A DNA stretch of 64,000 bases, from NCBI RefSeq assembly GCF_009914755.1, contig NC_060938.1; one strand, given 5' to 3'. Position 1 is the first letter of the stretch; every line of letters starts with the position of its first letter. Source of the DNA: the human T2T-CHM13v2.0 reference genome, Homo sapiens. The notes beneath the pieces were generated by a model. It was given only the letters and a program-made list of their open reading frames with translations. It was not told the origin of the DNA and searched no databases. The position numbers and the translations under genes were made by a program. Positions 52,613 to 64,000 of the stretch are shown here, in pieces.

Positions 52613-54684
52613 TAGGTTGTCTGTTTACCCTGTTGATAGTTTATTTTGCTGTGCAGAAGCTTTTTAGGTTAATTAGTTCACATTTATTAATTTTTGCTTT
52701 TGTCATCTTTGTCATGAAATCTTTGTCAGGGGCGATGCTGAGAATGGAATTTCCTAGGTTATCTTCCAGGGTTTTTATAGTTTTGGGTTTCACATTTAAG
52801 TCTTTAATCCATGTTGGATTTATTTTCATATATGGTATAAGGGAGGGGTTCAGTTTCCATTTTTTGCATATGGCTGTCTAGTTATCTCAGCACCATTTAT
52901 TGAATAGGGAGTGCTTTTCCCATTGCTTGTTTTTGTCAGCCTTGTTGAAGATTAGACGGTTTTTGTTTTTAGTTCTGCTTATGTGGTGAATCACATTTAC
53001 TAATTTGCATATGTTGAACCAACCTTGTGTTCCAAGTATAAAGCCTACTTGATTGTGGTGGATTAGAGTTTTAATGTGCTGCTGGATTCAGTTTGCTAGT
53101 ATTTTCTTTTTTTTGCTAGTTTTCTTTTTTTGTTGTATCTCTGCCAGGTTTTAGTATCAGAATGATGTTGGCCTCATAGAATAAATTAGGGAGGAGTCCT
53201 TCCTCCTCAAATTTTCAGAATAGTTTCAGAGGAAAGGTACTAGCTCTTCTTTATGCATCTGGTAGAACTCAGCTGTGAATTCCTGTGATCCTGGGCTTTT
53301 TCTGGTTGGTAGGCTTTTTATTACTAACACAATCTTGGAACTTGTTATTAGTCTGTTCAGGGTTTCAATTTCTTCCTAGTTCAATCTTAGGAGGTTGTAT
53401 GTTTCTAATAATTTATTAATTTCTTCTAGTTTGTGTGCATAGAGTTGTTCATAGTAGTCTCTGAGGGTTTTTAAAAAATATTTCTTTGGGGTTGGTGGTA
53501 ATGTTCCCTTTGTCATTTCTGACTGTGTTTATTTTTCTCTCTTCTCTTTTTTGCTTTATTAGTCTAGCCAATGCTCTATCAATCTGATGTGTTATTCTGA
53601 AGAAACAAAACCTGGATTTGTTAATCTTTTGTATGGGTTTTTGCATCTCAATTTCTTTCAGTTCAGCTCTGATTTCAGTTGTTTCCTTTATCTTGCTAGC
53701 TTTGGGACTGATTTGCTTTTGTTTCTCTAGTTTCTCTCGGTGTGATGTTAGGATGTTAATTTGAAATCTTTCCAATCTTCTGATGTAGTTTTTTCTTTAG
53801 TGATATAAACTTACCTCTTAATACTGCTTTATATGTGCCCCAGGGATTTTGATATGTAGTATGTTTGTTCTCATTAGTTTCAAAGAATTTCTTGACTTCT
53901 GCCTGAATTTCGTTGTTTACCCAAAAGTCATTCAGGAGAAGGTTGGTTAATTTTCACATATGCTTTTGATGTATTTTATTGTATTGATTTCAATGTTTAT
54001 TGCATTGTAATCTGAGAAAGTGTGGTTTGTATGATTTTGGATTTTTTGAATTTGCTGAAAATTGTTTTATGATCGATTGTGTGGCTGATTTTAGAGTATG
54101 TGCCATATGCAGATGAGAAGAATGTATATTCTAATGTTCTTGGGTGGAGAGTACTGTAGATGTCTGTTAGGACCATTTTGTCAAATGTCGAGCTCAGTCC
54201 CGAATCTCTTTGTTCATTTTCTATCTCAATGCTCTAATACTGTCAGTGGGGTGTTGAAGTCTCCCAGTAGTATTGTGTGGTTATTAAAGTCTCTTCAAAG
54301 GTCTCTAAGAACTTCCTTTATAAGTCTGGGTACTTCTGTGTTGGATGTATATATTCTTAGGATTGTTAGTTCTTCTTGTTGAGTTTAACCCTTTACCTTC
54401 ATGTAATACCCTTCTTTGTCTTTTTCGATTATTATTGGTTTATAGTCTATTTTGTCTGGAATTAGAATCAGACCATTTGCTTTTTTCTGTTTTCTTTTTG
54501 CTTGGTCTATTTTTTCTCCATCCCTTTATTTTGAGCCCCTGGATGTCATTGCATGTGAGATGGGTCTCTTGTAGAGAGAATACAGTTGGGTCTTGCTTCT
54601 TTATCCGACTTGCCACTCTATGCCTTTTAATTGAAGCATTTAACTCATTTACATTCAAGGTCATTCAAGGTTAGATTGTGTGTT

Positions 54685-57600
54685 TCCCAGCAATGATTCC
54701 TTACCCATAATAAATTACTGAAATGACAGACATAGAATTCAGGATCTGGATGTCATGGAAGCTCATTGAGATTCAGGACAAATTTGAAATCCAATCCATG
54801 GAATCCAGCAAAATGACAGAAGAGCTGAAAGACAAAATAACCACTTTAAGAAAGAACCAAAGTGAAACTCTAGAGTTAAAAATTCACTAGAAGAACTTCA
54901 TAATACAGTTGGAAATATTAACAGCAAAATAGACCAAGCTAAGGAAAATATCTCTGAGCTCAAAGACCGGTTCTTTGAATTAACACTGTGAGACAAAAAT
55001 AAAGCAAAAACAATTTTAAAAGTGAACAAAACTTCTGAGAAAGATTACATAAAGAGACCAAATCTACAACTCATTACCATTACTGAGAGAGAAGGACAGA
55101 GAATAAACAACTCGGAAAATAAATTCGAATATATAGTCCATGAAAATCTTCCTAATCTTGCTAGAGAGGATGATATGCAAATCCAAGAAATAGAGAGAAC
55201 CCTGGCTAGATATCGTACGAGATGTACAAGGCACATAATCTTCAGATTCACCACAGTTAATGCAAAAGAAAAGGGATCTAGAAAGAAAGGTCAGGTTATG
55301 TACGAAGGGAACCCCATCAGGCTAGCAGCAGAACTTTCAGCAGAACCTTTATAAGCCAGAAAAAATTGGGGGCCTATTTTTAGTATTCTTAAAGAAAATA
55401 AATTCCAACCAAGAATTTCATATCCCACCCAAACTTAGCTTCATAAGTGAAGGAAAAATAAAATCCTTCTCAGAAAATAAAATGCCAAGGTAATACATTT
55501 CAACTTAGCTAGCCTTACAACAGGTCCTTAAGGGAGTGCTAAACATGTGAACAAAAGAACAGCATCTGCTGCCACAAAAACACGCTTAAGCACATAGCCC
55601 ATAGACACTATGAAGCACTACACAGTCAAGTCTATAAAATATCCAGCTAACAGCATGATGACAGGATCAATATCTGACATATCAATATTAATCTTAAATG
55701 TAAGTTATCTAAATGCCCTACTTAAAAGGCATAGAGTGGTAAGTTGGATAAAAAGGCAAGACACCACTGTCTGTTGTCTTGAAGAGACCAATCTATATGT
55801 AATGAAACCCACAGGGTCAAAGTAAAGGGATGCAGAAAGATTTGTCATGTAAACAAAAAACAAACAAACAAAAATAGTAGGGGTCACTATTCTTATAGCA
55901 TATGAAACAAGCCAACAACAATTACCAAGGACAAAGAAAGGCATTACATAATGATAAAGGGTTCAATTCAACAAGAAGACTTTATCCTAAATGTATATAC
56001 ACTGAACATTGGAGCACCCAGACTCATAAAACAAGTTTTTCTTGGCCTACCAAAAGACTTAGACAATCCTACAATAATACTGGGAGACTTCAATGCTCCA
56101 CTGATGGTATCATTAAGGCAGAACACTAACAAAGAAATTCTGGACTTAAATTTGACACTTGACTAATTGGACCTAATAAACATCTACAGAACACTCCACC
56201 CAACAACCATGGAATATTCATTCTCATCTGCACATGGAACATATTGTAAGATCAACCACATGCTTGATCAGAAAGCAAGTCTCAATGCATTCAAAAACAC
56301 TGAAATCATCCCAGGCACATTCTTGAACCACAGTGCAATAAAATTAGAAATAAACATCAAGAAGATCTCTCAAAAGTACACAAATTCATGGAAAGTAAAC
56401 AACTTGCTCCTGAATAACTCATGGGTGCACACTGAAATTAGGCAAAAATCAAAAAAATTCTTTGAAATTAAAACAGGGACACAACTAACCAAAATCTCTG
56501 AAATGAAGCTAAAGCAGGAAATAAATATTTTTTAAATAAATAAGTAAATAAGATAAGAGGAAAGATTATAGCATTAAATACCTTCATCAAGAAGTTAGAA
56601 AAATCTGAATTTAATAATCCAACTTTGCACCTAAAGGAACTAGAAAAAAAAAAGCTCAAAGCTAGCAGAATAACAGATATAACTACAAACAGAGAGAAAC
56701 TTAATGAAATTGAGATGCAAAAATACGTACAAAAGGTCAGTGAAACCAATAATTGGTCCTTCAAAATAAAAATAAACAAAACTGGTAGATTGCTAGCTAG
56801 ATTAACATAGAAAAAAAGCAGAAGACCCAAATGAGTACAATCAGAAATAAAAATGATGTTGCAACTGATCCCACAGAAATACAAAAGATACTCAAAGAAT
56901 ACTATAAGCAACTCTATGCATACAAATTAGAAAATCTAGAAGAAATGGATAAATTCATGGAAACACACAATCTCCCAAGATTGAATCCCTGGAAGAGATT
57001 GAAACCCTGATTAGACCAACATCAAGCTGTGAAACAGAATCAATAATAAAAAAAGCCTATGAACCAAAGTAAGTCCTGGGCCAGATAGATTCACAGCTGA
57101 ATTCTACCAGATTTTAAAAAAAAGAACTCTACCAATTTTATTGAAACTATTCCAAAAAATTGAGGAGGAGGAGCTCCTCCCTAACTCATTCTATGAAGCC
57201 AGTATCATCCTGATACCAAAACCTGGCAGGGACAGAACAAAAAACAAATCATCAGGCCAATATCCCTGATGAATACAGATGCAAATATCATCAACAAAAT
57301 GTTAGCTAATTGAATCCATTGGCACATCAAAAAGTTAACGCACTGTGATCAAGTAGGTACTATTCCTGAGATGTAAGGCTTATTCAATGTATGCAAATCA
57401 ATAAATGTGATTCATCACATAAACATAATAAGAGACAAAAACCACATGATCATCTCAATAGATGCAGAAAAAGCTTTCAATAACATCCAACATCCCTTCA
57501 TGATAAAAACCCTTAACAGACTAGATTTTGAAGGAATACACCTCAAAATAATAACAGCCATCTATGACAGACCCACAGCCAACATGATACTGAATGGCAA

Positions 57601-58997
57601 AAGCTGGAAGTATTCCCCTTAAGAACTGGAAAAGGACAAAGATGTACATTCTTACCACTCTTCTTCAATATAGGACTTGAAGTCCTAGCCATAGCAATTA
57701 TGCAAAAGAAAGAAATAAAAGACATCCAAATAGAAAAATAAGAAGTCAAACTATTTCTATTCACTGATGATATAATTATATACTTAGAAAACCCTAACTT
57801 TCACAAAAAAGCAACTAGAACTGATATACAGTTTTAGGAAGGTTTCAGGACATGAAATCACTCTACAAAAATCAGTAGCATTTCCATACATCAATAATGT
57901 CCAGGCTGAGAGTGAAATCAAGGACACAATCCCATTTACAATAGCAACAAAGAAAATTAAATCCCTTGGAATACAGTTAACCAGAAAACTCTACAAAATT
58001 AATGGCAAAACACTGCTGACAGAAATCAGAGATGACAGAAATGAATGGAAAAAAATTCCATACTAATAGATTACAAGAATCAATGTTGTTAAAATGGCCA
58101 CACTGCCCAAAGCAGTCTACAGTTTAATGGTATTTCTATCTCACTACCAACACCATTCTTCTCAGAATTAGAAAAAAGATCTAAAATTCATACAGAGCCA
58201 AAAAAGCCTGAATAGTCAAAACAATCCCATGCAAAATGTACCACATGAACATATGCACCTACTCTGTAACCCAGAAATATTGAAAAAAAAAATTAAAAAA
58301 ATGAAACTAGAGGCATCACACTATTCAAACTATAAGGCCACTGTAACCAAAACAGCATGCTACTGGTACAGAAACAGACACATTGACCCATAGAACAGAA
58401 TAGAAAACCCAGAAATAAATCCATGCACTTACAACCATCTGCTCTTCAACAAGGCTGACAGAAACAAGCAATGGAGAAAAGACTCTGTTTAGAAGCCCCT
58501 ACTGAGGAAAGTTGTGGGCTTGAGTCTGTAGCCTAAGAACATTCAACCAAGCTAACTCTCAGGTCTCTCTATTCAATAAATGGTGCTGGGATAACTGGCT
58601 AGCCAGATACAAAAAAAAAAAATGAAACTTGACCCTTATTTTTCACCATATACAAAAATCAACTCAAAATCGATTAAAGATTTAAATTTAAGACCTCAGC
58701 CTATAAAAATCCTAGAAGAAAACCTAGGAAATACTCTTCTCAGCCACAGTCTTGGCAGAGAATTTTTGGCTGAGTCCTCAAAGGTAATTGCAACAAAAAC
58801 CAGAGTTGACAAGTCGGGCCTAATTAAACAAAAGAGCTTCTGCACAGCAAAAGAAACTATCAATAGAGTAACCTACAGAATGGGAGAAAATATTCACAAG
58901 CTATGATTCCAAACAAAGGTCTAATATCCAGAAACTATAAGGAACTTAAACAAAGCAACAAACAAACGAACAAAAAATCCACTTAAAAATGGGCAAA
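54685..58997 (+). mobile_element. Host L1 continued: rest of ORF1 and most of ORF2 (decayed)
   Basis: Peptides [39 protein letters not shown]. Confidence 0.9.
58236..58300 (+). mobile_element. Very short 5'-truncated L1 3' end (L1MA1-3/L1PB4-like) inserted in the host ORF2
   Basis: tgtaccacatgaacatatgcacctactctgtaacccagaaatattg plus A-tail, inside the gcaaaa...gaaactagagg site. Confidence 0.7.
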
Positions 58998-60126
58998 TAA
59001 GGCAATCCTAAGCAAAAAAGAACAAAGCTGGAGGCATCACATTACCCAACCTCAAACTATACTATAAGGCTACAGTAACCAAAACAGGATGGTACTGGTA
59101 CAAAAACAGACACATAAACCAATGGAACATAATGAGAGGCCAGAAATAGTGCTGCACACCTATAACTATCTGAACTTTCACAAAGAGGATAAAAACAAGC
59201 AATAGGGAAAGGACTTTCTATTCAATAAATGGTGCTGGGATAATGGGCAAGCCACATGCAAAAGACTGAAATGTAACCCCTTCTTATACCATATACAAAA
59301 ATCAATTCAACATGGATTGGAGAATTAAATGTAAAACCCCAAACTGTAAAAACCCCAGAAGATAACCTAGGAAATTCCATTCTCAAATAGGCCCTGGCTA
59401 AGATTTCATGGTGAAGACACCAGAAACATTGACCACAAAAAAACAGAAATTGACAAATGAGACCTAAGTAAACTAAAGAGCTTCTGCAGAGCAGAATGAA
59501 CTGTCAACAGAGTCAACAGACAAGCTACAAAATGGGATAAAATATTTGCAAACTATGCGCCCAACAAAGGTCTAATATCCAGAATCTACAAGGAACTTAA
59601 ATTATCGAGCAAAAAACAATCTCTTTAAAAATTGGGCAAAGGACATGAACAAATGCTTTTCAAAGACCTACATGCAGCCAAGAAGCATATGAAAAAATGT
59701 TCGACATCGCTAATCATTAGATAAATGCACATCAAAACCACAACGAGATACCAACTCACAGCAGTGAGAATGATTATTATTAAAAAGTCAAAAAATAACA
59801 TGCTAGTGAGGTTTCAGAGAAGAGGGAACACTTATACACTGCTGGTGGGAATGTAAATTAGTTCAGCCATTGTGGAAAGCAGCATGGCAATTTCTCAAAG
59901 AACTTAAAAGGGAATTATCATTTAACCTAGCAATCTCATTATTGAGTACATATCCAAAGGAATATAAATCATTTTACCATAAAGACATATGCACACATAT
60001 GTTCAACACAGTACTATTCTCAATAGCAAAGTTGCCATCAATGGTAAACTGTATAAAGAAAATGTGGTACATAGACACAATGGAATACTATGTAGCCATA
60101 AAAACAATGAGATCATGTCCTTTGCA
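58998..60126 (+). mobile_element. Second L1P late-ORF2 segment that repeats about 650 bp of consensus and ends without a 3' UTR or tail
   Basis: Restarts at aaggcaatcctaagcaaaaaagaacaaagctggaggcatcac and ends atgagatcatgtcctttgca. Confidence 0.85.
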
Positions 60127-60129
60127 AGA

Positions 60130-61575
60130 AAGAGATAAAAGGAAAAGAGTCAAAATTAATGAAATATAAAGTAGACAAACATTAGAAAAAATTTTAAAAG
60201 TCAGAAATTGGTATTTTGAAATGATTACCAAAATTGATAAACCCATAGTAGAATGATGAATTTTAAAAGAGAAACACACAAACTACCAATATTAAGAATA
60301 ACAAGAGAAGCACTATTAGTCCTAAAGAAACTGAAGGGATAATAAGGGAATATAAAGAATGACAATATGACAAAACACATTCGCCAAAACTGGCACATCA
60401 AGATATACAAAATCTAAATAGGAATATATTTTAAAAGGAAATGAATGTAGAGCTGAAAACTTTATACTAAGAAAATTCCAGGTTCATATGGCTCAACCAG
60501 GGAGTTTTCTAAAATATGTAAGAAACGGGTAATGCCAATTGTATCTAAACTCATTCATAAAATAGAAGAAAGGATACCATTTCCCAACTTTCTTTATGAG
60601 CTCAGTATTACCCTGATACCAAAATCTGACACAGGATTTTGCATTGCAAGGATTTTGCATTACAAGGAAAGATGATTTCTCAAAAACATACACATATGAT
60701 TTTATTTTATTTTTATTTTTTTGAGATGGAGTCTCACTCTGTCACCCAGGCTGGAGTGCAGTGGTGCGATCTCGGCTCACTGCAAGTTCTGCCTCCTGGG
60801 TTAATGCCATTCTCCTGCCTCAGCCTCCCAAATAGCTGATACTACAGGCGCCCACCACCACGCCTGGCTAATTTTTTGTATTTTTAGTAGAGATGGGGTT
60901 TCACCGTGTTAGCCAGGATGGTCTCAATCTCCTGACCTCGTGATCCGCCCTCCTAGGCCCCCCAAAGTGCTGGGACTATAGGCGTGAGCCACCCTGCCTG
61001 GCTACACATAAAATTTTAAAACAAAGTATTAGCAATCCGAACATGACAATACATAAAAAGTTGTGACCAGATGGGATTTATCCCAAAAACGATAGTTGGC
61101 TTAACATTTGAAAATCAATCAAGTTAATTGCTATATTCACTGAATGAAGGTGGAAAAATGATATGATCTCGCCAAGAGGCAGAAAATCATTTGTTTTAAC
61201 ATCCATTCATGTCTGTAAAAAATTCTAAGTAGATTGGAAATGAAAGGGAGCCTCTCCAGTCCAATAAAGGGCAATTATGAAAAACCTATAGCAACCATTA
61301 TAACATATGATGAAATCTTGAATGCATGCCCCCTTAAGATTAGGAAGAATGCAAGTATACATGCTCTCACCACTTCTATTCAACATGTGCTGACCATTGA
61401 AAGAAAGTTGTTTTTTAAAGGTATTAATATTAGGAAGAAAAAAATAAAAATCTATTTATTCATAGAAGAAATATATGTGTAGAGCATACTATGGTATCTT
61501 TAAAGAACTAGAATTTACAAGGAAATTTATCAAGGGTTGCAGGATACAAGATCAACATTTAAAAACCAAATCTTG
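60130..61575 (+). mobile_element. Older L1M ORF2 fragments, interrupted by AluY
   Basis: accaaaattgataaaccc; cagtattaccctgataccaaaatctgaca; ctctcaccacttctattcaacat. Confidence 0.75.
60700..61002 (-). mobile_element. AluY-like
   Basis: cactgcaag, gccattctcctg, gtgttagccaggatggtct; TSD tacacata(tg/aa)atttt. Confidence 0.95.
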
Positions 61576-61759
61576 GTGAGAATGTGAAACAACTATTAAC
61601 TCTGAAAAACGAAACAAAGTAAACTTAAATGTTATTATTCTTCTTCCACTGATTTTTTTATATAAAGTGTTAAGGGTATAAAAATATTAGAAGTCATGCC
61701 ATAGAAGTAAAAAAAGAAAAGAAAATTCTCTTTGAATTTTCTGTTATTTTTTGACTTTT

Positions 61760-61765
61760 CTTTTT

Positions 61766-61802
<37 letters not shown>

Positions 61803-62114
61803 GAGACAGAGTCTCGCTCTGTCGCCCAGGCTGGATCTCGACAGTGGCGCAATCTCGGCTCACTGCAAACTCCACCTCCCGAGTTCACGCCATTCTCCTG
61901 CCTCAGCCTCCCGAGTAGCTGGGACTACAGGCACCCGCCACCAAGCCGAGATAATTTTTTTGTTTGTTTGTTTGTTTGTTTGTTTTTTGTATTTTTCAGT
62001 AGAGACGAGGTTTCACCGTGTTAGCCAGAATGGTCTCGGTCTCCTGACTTCGTGATCCGCCCACCTCGGCCTCCCAAAGTGCTGGGATGACAGGCGTGAG
62101 CCACCGTGCCCAGC
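61760..62114 (-). mobile_element. AluY-like with (TTTG)n middle region
   Basis: gttcacgccattctcctg, accgtgttagccag; TSD attttttgactttt on both sides. Confidence 0.95.
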
Positions 62115-62274
62115 CATTTTTTGACTTTTTAATAATAGTCCTTCTGACTGGTGTGAGATGGTATCTCATTGTGGTTTTGATTTGCATTTCTCTAATGAAT
62201 AGTCAAGCTGAGCATTTTTTTTCACGTGCTTATTGGCCGTAAACATGTCTTCTTTTAGGAAGTATCTGTTCATA
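62115..62274 (-). mobile_element. Short antisense L1P ORF2 fragment (its remainder lies left of the Alu at about 61741)
   Basis: ctgactggtgtgagatggtatctcattgtggttttgatttgcat ([15 protein letters not shown]). Confidence 0.85.
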
Positions 62275-62439
62275 TAAAAAGTGGTAATATTTTTTGAGGA
62301 AAAAAATGAATAAATTCAGAGACAAACTCTTTTGTTGGATAAAAACAATATTATTGAATATATACATGTCAATGCATAAATTGAATATAATTTAATAAAA
62401 TACCAGTAATACTTTTCATTGTAAAATTAATTCAAGATT

Positions 62440-63900
62440 ATCTAGAGGAAAAAATCTATCCAAGGTGATAAAACTTTCCTAGAAGGGTTAAAAAGTCTCC
62501 ATTTTGAGGACTATTTTAGATCTTCAGATTACTTTTATCTTATGAATTAGAGTGAACATTAAGAGGTGAGTAAGATCCTGGATTATATGCACAATTATGA
62601 AAAAAATCATATTTTTAAAAGTTTTGGTGGCAAGACTAACCTACTCCAAGATGGGGTTGTTATTCCACTTAAGAACGTATCTAACCTCATGTATTTTGCT
62701 TCCTTTCTCTATTTTCCTCTGTGCAGCTCTCTTTATCATGGTTTTCTTTTTGTGGTTATATGGATTTGTAGACTGTGCATTTATATGGAATGCCATGCGA
62801 GCTGTCACAGCCCAGGCAGTGGAGTGTGGTTGGCTTGTGGGTAGTAAGAAGAATTTACCAACAACTGTATAGATTTGAAAAGGAAAGTTGTATTAGCTGG
62901 AAAGAACGCTGCAGAGGAGTGCAGCAGGGCTTCTCAGCCAGAGAGGACTGAGTACACCACTGCAGTAGATTTTTCCTTAGGGTATTTATGGACCTTAAAG
63001 TGGGAGCTTAAGGGTAATTTTTACCATATTAGCCACATAGGTCATGGTAAACAATTACATTTATAGACATTTTGGTGCCTTGATGTCAGCAAGAGTTGCA
63101 CAATGAGTTTAGAATACATGCATTCCAGAGATGTATAGAAATTCTAGTTACTCACAAATTTTTGGAAAAGAAATCTCATACCAGATGTCAGCTTTACATA
63201 ATAGGGATGTCTAATTACTTCTGAATTCCTTGGATAAGGAATTTCGCCTCTGGATGGTCTTGCTCTCCTTGTGGACTAGTATCTCTCTGTTTCTTCACCT
63301 TTTTTTTTTTTTTAAGTCATACAACTATCTTTCCATTTATGTCTCTGCTAGTCTTCTTTTCCCTTTTCTCTTGATCTTTATTTTGATTATTGTAAATTTT
63401 TCTGTACTTCTCTCTCTCTCTTTTCTTCTTTCTTTCCTTTTTCTACTCTTACACTTTGTTTTTGAAATGTAAAATAAATTAGAACAAATATATTTGGTGA
63501 TAAATTATGTTTATTACCCCCAAATCTGTGTTCTTATTTCACTTGTAAAGTGACCCATAAACTCAGTGTTTTCTCTAAAGCCAAAGAAAAGATTAAAATA
63601 ATTTTAAAATAGAATTAATAAAATAAATTTGTATTTATTTTTTCTGACTCAATTAATTTTTAAAATTAATAATCTTTAATGGAAAAATGTTTTTCATCCT
63701 TGTTTTAGTTGAGCAGAGTGAAAGTGAACAAATTACAAATACCAAGATCATGATGCATCTTTTCATGCTATGTAGGAGGTCACCTTCCCTTTAGCAATTG
63801 TTCTATCCTATACCAAGAAACTATTTTCTCTAAGAATAATTATGCAACAGTATTCATGAGCTTTTTAATATTTCCTTTGCTAATGTCCTTATCACCGTCA
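62440..63900 (+). repeat. Diverged paralogous block, copy B (copy A at 40230-41120), interrupted by an LTR
   Basis: Same collinear anchors as copy A. Confidence 0.85.
62788..63279 (-). mobile_element. ERV1-class LTR (MER67-like)
   Basis: Absent from paralogous copy A; gtgggtagtaagaagaatttaccaacaac...gaacgctgcagaggagtgcagc...gagaggactgag. Confidence 0.6.
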
Positions 63901-64000
63901 ACATCCTGCTACTGAGTAAGGTGCTTATCTCGCATGCAAAATTTAAAGGCGTGCCCAAAAACTCAATAGTAGAGATAAACATTTTAATCAATATTTTGAG

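Noticed and set aside
61830-61850. Odd ctggatctcgacagtgg in AluY instead of ctggagtgcagtgg
   Set aside because: A small local substitution, probably templated from the nearby atctcgg; no functional implication.

Overview
AT-rich, repeat-dense mammalian DNA that I recognise as primate, very probably human, from the family-4 olfactory receptor (OR) cluster at 14q11.2. Three single-coding-exon OR loci lie on the + strand. (1) An OR4H-type locus (expected to be OR4H12P) has a fully open 7TM frame, but its initiator reads ACG instead of ATG. (2) An intact OR4M1 (313 aa). (3) An OR4N4-like pseudogene (expected to be OR4N1P) has ATG>ATA plus two frameshifts. The rest is mostly transposable-element debris: two near-full-length nested L1s, other L1/HAL1/L2/MIR fragments, about 10 Alus, LTRs (THE1C, LTR27/28-like, MER39, LTR9B-like, MER76-like with PBS, MER67-like), MER20, MER44B, a U13 snoRNA retrocopy and microsatellites. 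I see no prokaryote-style system and no convincing wholly new biological system. The best leads are the start-loss-only OR4H frame, two pairs of diverged non-TE direct repeats that record OR duplication units, a uORF abutting the OR4M1 start, candidate 5' UTR exons and promoter, and a templated AT-rich insertion bounded by a perfect 31-bp duplication. Gene names and repeat subfamilies come from recognition and memory, not from a database search, and boundaries of old repeats are approximate.
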